A DNA stretch of 64,000 bases, taken from Candidatus Methylomirabilota bacterium. Lineage in GTDB: Bacteria; Verrucomicrobiota; Verrucomicrobiia; Limisphaerales; SXQI01. Both the position numbers and the translations under genes were made by a program. The notes below the pieces were generated by a model. The model was not told the origin of the DNA. It ran no database searches and saw only the letters and a program-made list of their open reading frames with translations. Below, piece by piece: positions 56,054-64,000 of this stretch. Positions within the stretch are counted from its first letter, which is position 1. Every line of letters starts with the position of its first letter. Where the stretch lies: assembly GCA_035627835.1 (NCBI GenBank), contig DASPKX010000069.1:10451-74450 (forward strand), read 5' to 3'.

Positions 56054-57535
56054 TTACGCGGCAGATTCGGAATTGGCCAGGGTTTGCTTAACCTTCCTAA
56101 GAAGATCCTGGCTGGTGAACGGCTTTTGCAGGTAGCTCTCATCCTCATTCGCGCCGGCCGTGCGGACAAACCCGCTGGAGCAAATGATCTTCACGTCTGG
56201 CGCGGTTTGGCGCAAACGCTCGACAACCTCTCGGCCGCTCATTTGCGGCATGACCATGTCCGTTATCACTAAATCTATTTCGCCAGCGTGCTGATTGAAC
56301 AACTCCAAGCCTTTGGCTCCGCTGTTGGCGGTCAGCACCTGGTAGCCAAACGAGGAGAGCACCATCTGCCCCATCGTTAGCAGCAAATCCTCATCATCGA
56401 TCATCAGGATCGTCTCCGTGCCGGTGAGGTCGTCGTCTTTCAACGCGCGGTCCTTCACGAACTTCCTAACAGCCGGCAAATACAGCGACACGTTCGTGCC
56501 ACGGCCAGGGTTGCTGGAGACAGTGACGCTGCCGCCATGGTTCGTCACGATCCCGTAAACCCACGCCAAGCCCAACCCTCGATGCGGCGGATTCTTCTTC
56601 GTTGTGAAGAAAGGCTCGAAAATCCGAGGCAAAGCTTCCGGAGTGATCCCGATCCCATCATCAGCCACGAGCACTTTCACGTAACTGCCAGGCCCCAGCC
56701 GAGCTGAGCCGTCGTGGAGGGATTCTTCCACATCTATATTCCGCGTCACGACTTTAATCGAGCCGCGCCCCGGAAGCGCTTGGACGGCGTTCTCGAGCAC
56801 TTTCGTGATCGCTTGCTGGAGTTTGGCTTCGTCAAAGTGAGCTGCGTACAGCTTCAGCTCGAAGTCCAGGCTCCATTCCACCGGAGATTGACTGCGGAAG
56901 ATATCGACGGTTCGCCGCAATAAGTCATTCAAATTTCCAGCGGGCTGGCTTTGCGTCTCCTTGTCATTGCGGCTGAAAGCAGCCAGATCGTGCGCGATTT
57001 CAGCGGCTTTTTCGGCGGATTTTTCAATTTCCCCCAGGGAGCTTCTCCAAGGATGGCCCGCCTCCATCTTGGATAAAATCAGCGAGGTGTGCCCAAGAAT
57101 GCTCGTGAGCGCGTTATTAAAGTCGAGAGCCACCGTGCGCGAGAGCTGCAGGGCGCAGTCGAGCTTTTGCTTTTGCGCATGCGCGTCATGCGGAGAATGC
57201 GCCTCGGCCGCGGCCTTGGGTTCCGGCAGCAATTGCAAAAGGATCTGCCTCTCCGCTGTGACACCTTGCTGCGGACAAACGACCGCTTGAAAGCTTGCGG
57301 GGCCGTTCGGTGTGCGAACAGCAAGGAGGCCATGAACAGCGGAGCCTCGTTGCCATTTAGCCAAAGCTTGCTCAAAGGGAAGCGGATCCAGCCAGAAACT
57401 GCGGAAAGAAGCTCCCTCAACGGTCGCGCCGAGCACACCTTTTGCGCCCTGGCTCGCTGCTCGTATAGTTCCTTGGTCGTTCAGGAGCAGCGCTGGCCAG
57501 TTGGCTGAATCTAGGGCAAACAAGTCCTGCTTCAT
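56054..57535 (-). CDS. hybrid sensor histidine kinase / response regulator (cytoplasmic, PAS-like N-domain)
   Basis: FNNALTSILGHTSL is the H-box, GLGLAWVYGIVTNHGG is the G-box, and the C-terminal receiver is ILMIDDEDLLL...LVITDMVMPQMSG...LQKPF. Confidence 0.85.
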   Translation of the reverse strand: MKQDLFALDSANWPALLLNDQGTIRAASQGAKGVLGATVEGASFRSFWLDPLPFEQALAKWQRGSAVHGLLAVRTPNGPASFQAVVCPQQGVTAERQILLQLLPEPKAAAEAHSPHDAHAQKQKLDCALQLSRTVALDFNNALTSILGHTSLILSKMEAGHPWRSSLGEIEKSAEKAAEIAHDLAAFSRNDKETQSQPAGNLNDLLRRTVDIFRSQSPVEWSLDFELKLYAAHFDEAKLQQAITKVLENAVQALPGRGSIKVVTRNIDVEESLHDGSARLGPGSYVKVLVADDGIGITPEALPRIFEPFFTTKKNPPHRGLGLAWVYGIVTNHGGSVTVSSNPGRGTNVSLYLPAVRKFVKDRALKDDDLTGTETILMIDDEDLLLTMGQMVLSSFGYQVLTANSGAKGLELFNQHAGEIDLVITDMVMPQMSGREVVERLRQTAPDVKIICSSGFVRTAGANEDESYLQKPFTSQDLLRKVKQTLANSESAA

Positions 57536-57722
57536 CCGTGGCGACGCGCGCAGCTAAAGTAATTGGGCCACTTCTAATCTCAAGCGGCATTTCCACCTCC
57601 TTGCGAAATTCAATCGCTGCGCGCCTTCAAATACATCGGAAAAGCGCAACTGCAAGCGGTATTTAAGCAAAACTGAATGAGCGGGCAGCGCGCTGCCAGC
57701 CGAGGCAGGAACATACAAGCGG

Positions 57723-60428
57723 TTGCGCTCTCGCTGCTCAAGGTTAAACTCTCGCGTGATCGCAGCCTGGCCAGAGTTGGACGACAACGTCATCGGAATT
57801 CGCGGCGCGCGGGAGCATAACCTCAAGGAGGTCTCGCTCACCATACCGCGCGATAAATTTGTTGTGATAACGGGGGTGAGCGGCTCGGGCAAGAGCACCC
57901 TAGCATTCGACCTGCTTTTCGCTGAAGGCCAGCGCCGGTTCCTCGACGCGATGAACACACACGCGCGGCAATACGTCGAGCAGATGTCCAAGCCGGATGT
58001 GGATCTGATCACTGGCTTGCCACCGACGGTCAGCATCGAGCAGCGCAACTCACGCGGTGGAGGAAAGAGCACGGTCGCCACCGTCACAGAGATTCACCAC
58101 TTTCTGCGGTTGCTCTTCGCGCGCCTTGGCACGCCGCATTGCCCGGATTGCCAACTTCCTGTCCAGCCCCAGACGCGCGACGCGCTCGTGCAGCAGCTCG
58201 GTAAAGAAGCCCGAGCGCGCGGTGAACTGACGCTTCTCGCGCCTGTGGTGAAGAATCGCAAAGGCTTTCACACCGACGTTGCGGAATGGGCTGTTAAGCA
58301 TGGCTACACACACCTTCGAGCAGATGGAAAGTTGGTCGAAGCAACTGCAGGCATCCGCCTGGATCGATTCCGGGAGCACAATGTGGAGGTGGCTATAGGC
58401 AAGGTCCGCTCGGGGCGAATCGGGCTGAAGTCCGACAAGGAACAGCCCCCCGAGCAGCTCATCGACACAGCGCTGGAACTCGGTGGACACACCATGCTCG
58501 CGCTGGATGAAGCTGGGCATGTGTCGGTGCATTCCACACAGCGAGTCTGCCCTGGCTGCGGAACTTCTTTCGAGCTGCTTGATCCAAAAATGTTCAGCTA
58601 CAACTCGGCCCAGGGTTGGTGCCCGAATTGCCGCGGATTTGGAGAGTTGTTCTACCTCCCGGATGTGGAGCGTGGCGCGCGAGCGGATGCGATCGAGGAG
58701 TCCTGGTTCGAGTGGCAGGAGGGGAAACGGGAGCCATGCGGCGATTGCAAAGGCACACGCCTTAATCCGATTGCCAGGGCCGTCCGACTGAAGCTGGACG
58801 GAGTAAAAGATGCCCCGACAATTGTGCAATTTGGCGAGAACTCGGTCGGCGAAGCGTTAGCGCATTTCGAGAAACTGTCTGTGCGCGGGCGTGATGCGGA
58901 GATCGCGCGCGACATCCTTCCGGAGGTGCGTGAGCGGCTAAAGTTTTTAAAGGAGGTTGGGCTGGAATACCTGCAGTTGAGCCGCTCTGTGACGACTCTT
59001 TCCGGCGGTGAAGCGCAACGGATTCGCCTGGCCGCGCAGCTCGGCTCTAATTTAAGCGGTGTGCTCTACGTCCTGGATGAGCCAACGATCGGGCTGCACT
59101 CCCGTGACAACGAGAAGCTGCTGCACGCGCTCTCATTGCTGCGTCAGCGCGGGAACTCCCTCGTCGTGGTTGAGCACGACGAGGAAACCATGCGGCGCGC
59201 TGATTACATTATCGATCTCGGCCCAGGCGCAGGAGTGAACGGTGGGACGGTTGTGGCAGCGGGCACGCTCGACGAGTTGACCGCTAATCCTAATTCCATA
59301 ACCGGTCGCGAGTTGGCAATGAAGCGGGTCTTTCCCTCGCGAGGTGCGAGGCGTCCGGTAAAGATTCCAATCAACGGCAAAGCCTCAAAATCTACTACAC
59401 CCGTCTTGGAACTGCGGCACGCGCGGGTTCATAACTTGAAGGACGTGACCGTGCAGTTTCCGCTTGGCCGTTTCGTGGCGGTGACAGGCGTGAGCGGGTC
59501 CGGCAAGAGCACGTTGATCCGCGAATGCCTTGTGCCCGCGGTGCAGGCTCGTTTGTCGAAGAAAGCTCCTGTGCACGATCAACTGGCAGTCGAGGTCCGA
59601 GGCGTTGACCGCCTGAAGGCAATTTACGAGGTCGATCAAACTCCAATCGGCCGCACGCCCCGCTCGACGCCTGCGACGTACGTCGGGTTTCTTGACGATA
59701 TCCGGCAGCTGTTTTCGCAGACACCCACGGCGCGCATGCGCGGCTATGGTCCTGGACGCTTTTCGTTCAATAGCGCCCAAGGCCGATGCCCCGAGTGCGA
59801 AGGCGCGGGGGTGATCAAGCTGGAGATGAACTTTATGCCCGCGGCATACGTCACGTGCGAAACGTGCGGGGGCTGCCGGTTCAATGCGGAAACACTCGAT
59901 GTGCTCTACCGCGACAGGAATATCGCGCAGGTGCTCGACCTTTCCGTGGCTGAAGCCATCGATTTCTTTGCGCCGGTCCCGAAAGTGCATCGCGCGCTCT
60001 CGGCTTTGCGCGACACCGGGCTTGATTACATTAAGCTCGGGCAAGTCAGCCCCACGCTGTCGGGCGGAGAAGCCCAGCGGATCAAGCTGGTCACGCACCT
60101 CCTTACCGGCCTTCGCGAGCAACCGCTGCTCTTCGAGCAATCGAATAGCAAACGGAATTTGTTCGTGCTGGAGGAACCGACGATTGGCCTGCATGGGTCC
60201 GACGTTCGGCGACTCATCGACGTCTTGCAGCGGCTCGTCGATTCAGGCCATTCCGTGATCGTTATTGAGCATCATCTGGATCTAATTGCGGAAGCTGATT
60301 GGGTCATTGACCTCGGGCCTGAAGGCGGGGATGAGGGTGGGCAAATTGTTTGCGCAGGAACGCCAGAGCAGATCGCGGCAAACAAGCGTTCCCACACTGG
60401 AGCTTACCTGCGCGCGTTGGTTGCATGA
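57723..60428 (+). CDS. UvrA-family ABC ATPase (excinuclease subunit A-like), atypical: insertion domain missing
   Basis: [66 protein letters not shown], a second [10 protein letters not shown] and a second [11 protein letters not shown] are present. There are three CxxC-pair zinc modules. The start is uncertain (TTG 57723 or GVG-type codons downstream). Confidence 0.85.
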   Translation: MRSRCSRLNSRVIAAWPELDDNVIGIRGAREHNLKEVSLTIPRDKFVVITGVSGSGKSTLAFDLLFAEGQRRFLDAMNTHARQYVEQMSKPDVDLITGLPPTVSIEQRNSRGGGKSTVATVTEIHHFLRLLFARLGTPHCPDCQLPVQPQTRDALVQQLGKEARARGELTLLAPVVKNRKGFHTDVAEWAVKHGYTHLRADGKLVEATAGIRLDRFREHNVEVAIGKVRSGRIGLKSDKEQPPEQLIDTALELGGHTMLALDEAGHVSVHSTQRVCPGCGTSFELLDPKMFSYNSAQGWCPNCRGFGELFYLPDVERGARADAIEESWFEWQEGKREPCGDCKGTRLNPIARAVRLKLDGVKDAPTIVQFGENSVGEALAHFEKLSVRGRDAEIARDILPEVRERLKFLKEVGLEYLQLSRSVTTLSGGEAQRIRLAAQLGSNLSGVLYVLDEPTIGLHSRDNEKLLHALSLLRQRGNSLVVVEHDEETMRRADYIIDLGPGAGVNGGTVVAAGTLDELTANPNSITGRELAMKRVFPSRGARRPVKIPINGKASKSTTPVLELRHARVHNLKDVTVQFPLGRFVAVTGVSGSGKSTLIRECLVPAVQARLSKKAPVHDQLAVEVRGVDRLKAIYEVDQTPIGRTPRSTPATYVGFLDDIRQLFSQTPTARMRGYGPGRFSFNSAQGRCPECEGAGVIKLEMNFMPAAYVTCETCGGCRFNAETLDVLYRDRNIAQVLDLSVAEAIDFFAPVPKVHRALSALRDTGLDYIKLGQVSPTLSGGEAQRIKLVTHLLTGLREQPLLFEQSNSKRNLFVLEEPTIGLHGSDVRRLIDVLQRLVDSGHSVIVIEHHLDLIAEADWVIDLGPEGGDEGGQIVCAGTPEQIAANKRSHTGAYLRALVA

Positions 60429-60901
60429 GCTTGGGCCATTACGAAGAGATCCTCGAAGGAGAGACTTTTCTCCGCAAGAAGCCCGATGCCCGCCACGAGG
60501 TCATCTGTGCGCGTTTGCACGAGCTAGTGCAAACAACGCTCAGCAACATGCCTGCCGCGAAACTGCTCCCACCGCGCAGCATCGTGGAACTCACGCCCGG
60601 CACGCTCGTGCGCCCGGATCTCGCGATTGTGACCACGGCGACGAACAAGCTTTGGCTGGTTGGGGAAGTGATTTCAGCTCTCGATCACCGCATCGACACG
60701 GTGAACAAGAAGTCCCTCTATGAGGAGAGCCGGTTAGCGCGATTGTGGATGATCGATCCGCGCTACGACAACGTGGAGGTTTATCACGGAACACCCTTCG
60801 GGATGAGCTTGCGGAGCATTCTTGCGGTCGAGGAGCGCCTCGTCGAACCGCTCCTGCCAGCGCTTTCAGTGGAAATGCGGGAGTTGTTTAAAGAGGTTTA
60901 G
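60425..60901 (+). CDS. Uma2-family (DUF820) putative endonuclease
   Basis: 158 aa from [28 protein letters not shown]...LVRPDLAIV...LVGEVISA...K...Y follows the PD-(D/E)xK-like Uma2 layout. The ATG at 60425 forms an ATGA overlap with the UvrA-like stop. Confidence 0.7.
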   Translation: MSLGHYEEILEGETFLRKKPDARHEVICARLHELVQTTLSNMPAAKLLPPRSIVELTPGTLVRPDLAIVTTATNKLWLVGEVISALDHRIDTVNKKSLYEESRLARLWMIDPRYDNVEVYHGTPFGMSLRSILAVEERLVEPLLPALSVEMRELFKEV

Positions 60902-61257
60902 GAAGATTCCCCTTTTTCCTCAGCCTTCTCGGCCTTTTCCTTCCCGAGGCGTTTCTGGTAGGGCGAGCTGAGATTGAAATAGATGCCGCAGAGAGGCCGC
61001 TCGTTTTCCGTCTGGCTAAGGATGATGGTGATCTGCTTGTCCAGCGCGATGCCGTGGCGCATGTGCTGGCCGCGATTAGCGTAAGCCTTGATCGCCTTTT
61101 CCATGAGCGACGTGAGCGAGGCCATGGCTTGCTCAGGCGTTTTATCGAGGCAAACGATGAACTTATCGTACACGCGGAGGGCCTCCTCGATTTCTGCTCT
61201 GAATGTTTCGACCGTCACCGTGGGCGTGATTAAACGAGCGCCATGGGGAAAACGCAA
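60898..61257 (-). CDS. hypothetical protein (weakly supported)
   Basis: 119-aa ORF that starts only at TTG. I recognise no family. It has a Lys/Glu-rich tail and is convergent with, and overlaps by 4 nt, the Uma2 gene. Confidence 0.3.
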   Translation of the reverse strand: MRFPHGARLITPTVTVETFRAEIEEALRVYDKFIVCLDKTPEQAMASLTSLMEKAIKAYANRGQHMRHGIALDKQITIILSQTENERPLCGIYFNLSSPYQKRLGKEKAEKAEEKGESS

Positions 61258-61336
61258 TACCTTGCCAAATCAAGGCTTGCACCGGAAGGCGTTGCGCCCG
61301 CTCGCAGGCATTGCACCGGTTTGCGCACAAAAGAAC

Positions 61337-61364
61337 TTGAGCAATTGGAGGACACCTGTATTTT
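61337..61364 (+). promoter_or_regulatory. candidate sigma70-like promoter for tRNA-Leu
   Basis: TTGAGC (61337..61342), a 16-nt spacer, then TATTTT (61359..61364), about 65 nt upstream of the tRNA 5' end. This is a pattern match only. Confidence 0.3.
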
Positions 61365-61429
61365 GTGTCCGCTGATTTGCCCGGCTGGATTAGTTCTGGC
61401 CGTGCGGAAGAAAACTTCCACAACCGGTT

Positions 61430-61514
61430 GCCCGCGTGGCGGAATTGGCAGACGCGCTAGATTCAGGTTCTAGTGAGTAACATCGTACAGGTTCAAGTCC
61501 TGTCGCGGGCACCA
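61430..61514 (+). tRNA. tRNA-Leu (anticodon CAG), type II with long variable arm, CCA encoded
   Basis: Hand-folded. Acceptor GCCCGCG/CGCGGGC (7 bp), D-arm GCG-GAATTGGCAGA-CGC, anticodon stem CTAGA/TCTAG with loop TTCAGGT (CAG), a 14-nt variable arm, T-arm ACAGG-TTCAAGT-CCTGT, and discriminator A followed by CCA. Confidence 0.9.
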
Positions 61515-61608
61515 CTCTCCTCGTTCCTGTACTCCAGCGCAATTGAGGGCTTGCCGGCCCCACCATGCGACCGCAGCGCGAGCTTGCATACGGGCTCCGC
61601 TCGTGAGA

Positions 61609-63579
61609 ATGGAGCGTCTGCGAATGAAACTCCTCCATCTGCTCGCTGTTTGCTTCCTCATTCCCGTGTTAGGGGCGATCCACCCCCTTGACCCGTTAAC
61701 GCCCGAAGAGATCGAACTCGCGCGAGATATGGTAAGGTCAAGGGAGACAAATGCAACGTTTGTCACGGTAGCACTGAAGGAACCGCCCAAGGCTCTCACC
61801 GTTGCCTGGAGCGCTAACTCACCTGCGCAACGGGTTGCTGAAGTGGTGATGCTTCAAGGGTCGCTACTCTTGGCTGAGGTGGATTTGAATGAGAAAAAGA
61901 TCGTTCGCTGGGAACGCCATTCGGACAAGCAACCGCGGCAGACGGACACTGAATACAAGGCGATCACGGAACTGGTGCGTGCGGACCCCGAGTGGAGAGC
62001 TGCCATTCACAAGCGTGGGATCACTGAGTTCGACAAAGTGTTTCTGAACATCTGGGCGTATGGCAACGAACGCGGCCACGGCAGCCCCCGCACACGACTG
62101 ATGCGTGTGCTCTCTCATTGGCGCGGTGATGGACTGAACGCCTACGGCCCAGCCATTGAGGGGTTGGAAGTGCTCGTTCAATGCGAGCCGCTTAAGGTTC
62201 TGGAGGTGATTGACGATGGTGTGCGGCCAATCTCAAAGGCTTCCACCGATTTTTTTCAACCCTCCCCTCGCCCATCTTCGCATCTCGGCCTGAAGCCATT
62301 GCGCATCGACCAGCCTGAAGGCGCGAGCTTCAGGATCCAGGAGAATGTCGTCCGCTGGGATTCGTGGCAGTTTCGTTTCTCCATGCATCCGCGCGATGGC
62401 CTGGTGCTGCATCAGGTGAGCTTCAACGATGCGGGCAAACAGCGGTCGGTGCTCTACCGTGCGAGTGTGTCAGAAATGATGGTTCCTTACGGGGATCCAG
62501 ATGGTCGGTGGCGGTGGCGCTCAGCCATTGATGAAGGGGAATACGGGCTGGGCAAATTATCGTGCCCGCTGGAGCACGGGAAAACCGCCCCTCCGCACGC
62601 CCAACTCTTGCCTGTCGTTTTTGCGGATGAAAGTGGCGCTCCCACCGAACTGCCCGCTCGCATCGCCATTTACGAGCGACAGGGTGAGAACCTTTGGAGC
62701 CATTGGGATTACGAAAATGGGGTCACTGGCCATCGAGCGCGCGAGTTGGTGATCGGCTTTATCGCCACGATCGGCAATTACGACTACGGCCTGAGCTGGG
62801 TATTCAAGCGCGATGGAAGCCTTGAGTTTGTGGCGGAACTGACGGGCATCCTGCTGACTAAAGGAGTGGACCATGAAGTGTGCGCGAACTGCCAGGAACC
62901 TCTGAAACCGGGCAAGGTAAAGCTGCGCGGTGATGAGCGGTATGGGACGTTAGTCGCTCCGCAGGTGATAGGCGTGAACCACCAGCACTACATCAACCTG
63001 CGCCTGGATTTCGATATTGATGGCCCCGAAAACGCCGTCAAAGAAATGAGCGCTAAGCGGGAGCGCTGGTGGAAAAATCCCGGGCAGAATGCTTTCGTGG
63101 CCGAACAGCGGGTATTTGGCCGCGAGAAGGAAGCGCGGAGGAAAAACAGCAGCGCGGCCCATCGGCACTGGGCGGTCGTAAATCCCAATCAACGGACAGC
63201 TTTGGGGCACAATGCCGGCTTCCTTATCGAGCCCGGAGCCACCACGTTGCCTTTCATGAAAACGTCAGCTCTGCCGCGCCAGATCGCCGGTTTTGTTGAC
63301 TATCAATTCTTTGCCACCCGCTATTCCCCTGAGGAACTTTACGCGGCCGGTGATTTCCCTAGCCAGGCACTCAAGCGCGAGAATGTCCTCACGTTTGGAG
63401 AGAACAATGAATCTATCTTTAACGAAGACGTTGTCACGTGGGTCACCCTGGGCCTGACGCACATTCCGAGGCCGGAAGAATTCCCCGTCATGCCAGCGGC
63501 TAAGGCGACGCTGAAGCTAACGCCGAAAGGCTTCTTTGACCGAAACCCCGCGCTCTTCGATCCAGAAAGCAAGGACTAG
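61609..63579 (+). CDS. copper-containing primary amine oxidase (TPQ cofactor)
   Basis: TIGNYDYGLSW carries the N-Y-D-Y TPQ-precursor consensus. NHQHYINLRLDFDIDG and GLTHIPRPEEFPVMP carry the copper His ligands. SAIDEGEYGLG carries the catalytic Asp region. The signal peptide is MKLLHLLAVCFLIPVLGA. The start is at 61609 or 61624. Confidence 0.9.
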   Translation: MERLRMKLLHLLAVCFLIPVLGAIHPLDPLTPEEIELARDMVRSRETNATFVTVALKEPPKALTVAWSANSPAQRVAEVVMLQGSLLLAEVDLNEKKIVRWERHSDKQPRQTDTEYKAITELVRADPEWRAAIHKRGITEFDKVFLNIWAYGNERGHGSPRTRLMRVLSHWRGDGLNAYGPAIEGLEVLVQCEPLKVLEVIDDGVRPISKASTDFFQPSPRPSSHLGLKPLRIDQPEGASFRIQENVVRWDSWQFRFSMHPRDGLVLHQVSFNDAGKQRSVLYRASVSEMMVPYGDPDGRWRWRSAIDEGEYGLGKLSCPLEHGKTAPPHAQLLPVVFADESGAPTELPARIAIYERQGENLWSHWDYENGVTGHRARELVIGFIATIGNYDYGLSWVFKRDGSLEFVAELTGILLTKGVDHEVCANCQEPLKPGKVKLRGDERYGTLVAPQVIGVNHQHYINLRLDFDIDGPENAVKEMSAKRERWWKNPGQNAFVAEQRVFGREKEARRKNSSAAHRHWAVVNPNQRTALGHNAGFLIEPGATTLPFMKTSALPRQIAGFVDYQFFATRYSPEELYAAGDFPSQALKRENVLTFGENNESIFNEDVVTWVTLGLTHIPRPEEFPVMPAAKATLKLTPKGFFDRNPALFDPESKD

Positions 63580-64000
63580 AAAACAGTCGGGACGCCTTCG
63601 TCCAGGATGCGGATTCGATCGAGCAGCCCTTCTCGCTGCGCTAACTCACGAAGCCAGCGCGGCGGCTCGTCCATAGCCTCAAACGAGAGCTTAAATGTGC
63701 CGTAATGCATAGGGATCATCACCTTTGCCCCGATCTCCTTGAACACGCGCAAGGCTTCGTCCGGTCCCATGTGAACATGCCGGAATGAATCGGGATAGTA
63801 GGCGCCGATCGGCAACATCGCGATCTCAGGAAGAAGCCGCCTGCCGATCTCATGAAAGCAATCCGAATAGGCACTGTCGCCTGCGTGATAGAGGCGGCGG
63901 CCCTGGTGTTCGATCAGGAAGCCGCCAAACCCGCGATGCTCGTCATGAATGTTACGCGCTCCCCAATGTTTGCACGGGGTCAGAGTGACCTTCCAATCCT
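63576..64000 (-). CDS. MBL-fold Zn-dependent hydrolase, C-terminal part (5' end beyond the window)
   Basis: Manual translation upstream of the 80-aa track ORF stays open to the window edge: ...WKVTLTPCKHWGARNIHDEHRGFGGFLIEHQGRRLYHAGDSAYSDCFHEIGRRLLPEIAMLPIGAYYP...MIPMHYGTF. This is typical of the NAPE-PLD-like/UlaG-like MBL subgroup. Confidence 0.75.
   Translation of the reverse strand, partial: DWKVTLTPCKHWGARNIHDEHRGFGGFLIEHQGRRLYHAGDSAYSDCFHEIGRRLLPEIAMLPIGAYYPDSFRHVHMGPDEALRVFKEIGAKVMIPMHYGTFKLSFEAMDEPPRWLRELAQREGLLDRIRILDEGVPTVF

Noticed and set aside
61258-61608. Integrase, attachment-site repeat or prophage boundary at tRNA-Leu.
   Set aside because: There is no integrase-like ORF on either side. 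I found no second copy of the tRNA 3' end in the window. Only a weak promoter-like pattern is reported.

Overview
High-GC chromosomal segment (about 60% by eye, not computed). The gene content points to a PVC-superphylum bacterium, most likely Verrucomicrobiota. Supporting genes: a DUF1559/H-X9-DG prepilin-like protein, DUF1080 and ThuA domains, Tat-exported Gfo/Idh/MocA and TIM-barrel enzymes, a PVC-type dehydrogenase-like propeller, a Minf_1886-like protein, and giant LamG/Ig lectin-like proteins ending in FFRL. I recognise about 50 protein genes, one tRNA-Leu(CAG) and four intrinsic-terminator-like hairpins. I saw no rRNA, CRISPR array, transposase or integrase. Housekeeping genes: ftsH, tilS, a DinG-like helicase, nth, a KamA-family radical SAM enzyme, leuS, an M16 peptidase and a UvrA-family ATPase. 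Genes are tightly packed, and five same-strand gene pairs share an ATGA stop/start overlap. The main lead is the sensor kinase at 43148..45565. Its three N-terminal transmembrane helices match the plant/cyanobacterial ethylene-binding domain motif by motif, including the Cu(I)-ligand Cys and His. It has an unusual kinase-receiver-kinase layout and sits divergently from an uncharacterised operon: a receiver, an RnfD-like membrane protein and two tandem DUF2330 exported proteins. Secondary leads: a UvrA-family protein that lacks the insertion domain and is translationally coupled to a Uma2 nuclease; a shared C-terminal FFRL module on two giant secreted proteins; a dispersed set of periplasmic 3-keto-sugar-type enzymes; and a more AT-rich islet (about 20.9-24.2 kb) with iterated GT-rich motifs, orphan small genes and repeat structures. 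All family assignments come from motif recognition by eye and memory. No database search was run.
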